Origin: Hormiphora californensis
Lineage: Eukaryota; Animalia; Ctenophora
Assembly (NCBI GenBank): GCA_020137815.1
Contig: CM035359.1
Coordinates: 5,084,001-5,148,000 of the forward strand
DNA length: 64,000 bases
Direction of reading: 5' to 3'
Positions 63,400-64,000 of the stretch are shown in pieces. The position numbers and the translations under genes are program-made. A model generated the notes under the pieces. That model was not told the DNA's origin and ran no database searches. It worked only from the letters and a program-made list of their open reading frames with translations. Within the stretch, counting starts at the first letter, position 1. Every line of letters begins with the position of its first letter.

Positions 63400-64000
63400 A
63401 TGGGTACCAGGAGTAAGACACAGTTTGAGGATTTTGAAGAACTTTTCACCCTTGCTGATGATGCTGCCTCTCGGAAACGCATTACAGAGCTTTCAAAAAA
63501 GCATAGTTTTGACCCCTCTTTGTTTATTATGATGCGAGCTATGACTAAACATATTGAGTCCAAACTAGACACTGTTGTTAAGAGACTTGAGAAAGAGGTA
63601 GAGACACTGAATGATAAAAATACCTCGCTCGAGATCAGAAACCTAGATCTAGAGAACCGTCTCATTACTGCTGAGGCTTACTCAGGGCGTGCAACTTCTA
63701 TTATCACTGGTGTGCCTGAGATTGCTGGTGAGAATATTTACAAGGTGGTTGCTGATAACGTGAAAACTGTTGTGCCTAACTTCTCACCCGCTGACATTTC
63801 TATCACGCATCGTAACCGTTCCAACCCGGCTAGTGATAAACCCCGTACTATTACAGTAGTATTCAAGTCTATCGCCCATAAGGACTCAGTTTCTAATTTT
63901 ATGAAGACAAAAACTCTCAGAGACAGTGGTATAGGAATCTTTCACTATGCACCACCAGCAGTCAGAGCTAGGAAGAGTGAGTTAGAGGGGGTCGAAGGAG
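63400..64000 (+). CDS. LINE ORF1 (coiled coil + RRM type), runs off window
   Basis: Open from ATG 63400 to the edge: heptads, then EAYSGRATSIITGVPE, DISITHR, PRTITVVF. Confidence 0.8.
   Translation, partial: MGTRSKTQFEDFEELFTLADDAASRKRITELSKKHSFDPSLFIMMRAMTKHIESKLDTVVKRLEKEVETLNDKNTSLEIRNLDLENRLITAEAYSGRATSIITGVPEIAGENIYKVVADNVKTVVPNFSPADISITHRNRSNPASDKPRTITVVFKSIAHKDSVSNFMKTKTLRDSGIGIFHYAPPAVRARKSELEGVEG

Overview
Eukaryotic (animal) genomic DNA, repeat-rich and intron-rich; no prokaryotic features. From memory, the 109-bp CAGGAACCGACCGAA MITE and the secreted 'W..V.R..I.WDLE.TPL.I.T' domain suggest a ctenophore (Pleurobrachia/Hormiphora-like); this is inference. All host genes I could assemble by hand lie on the minus strand. 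They are: a partial secreted protein (<=245); an 11-exon secreted 3xIg-like gene (2599-5429); a coiled-coil gene (25150-39723) whose inferred 11.5-kb first intron holds an R4-clade retroelement and a nested secreted-protein gene; and an ANKHD1/MASK-like ankyrin+KH gene with a C-terminal SAM-like domain (41314-55107). Mobile DNA includes two LTR elements (one gag-only), an R4/Dong-type RT-RLE element, an intact-looking CR1-type LINE, L2/Crack-type pieces, a Penelope fragment, two non-autonomous Helitrons, and many palindromic MITEs (hAT, CACTA, Merlin-like, Harbinger-like, Chapaev-like, piggyBac-like). The most interesting signals are: (1) an HDV-like ribozyme at the R4 5' end whose P1 strand overlaps the duplicated target G-run, plus 5'/3'-end complementarity; (2) a U_UUU_UUA -1 frameshift signal linking LINE ORF1 to an AUG-less ORF2; (3) a palindromic MITE whose TIR provides a splice donor at one end and a branch-point motif at the other; (4) tandem arrays that multiply complete splice junctions in ANKHD1; (5) a 2.8-kb foldback carrying an unknown gene in both arms. 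Most ORFs in the supplied track are artefacts of repeats.
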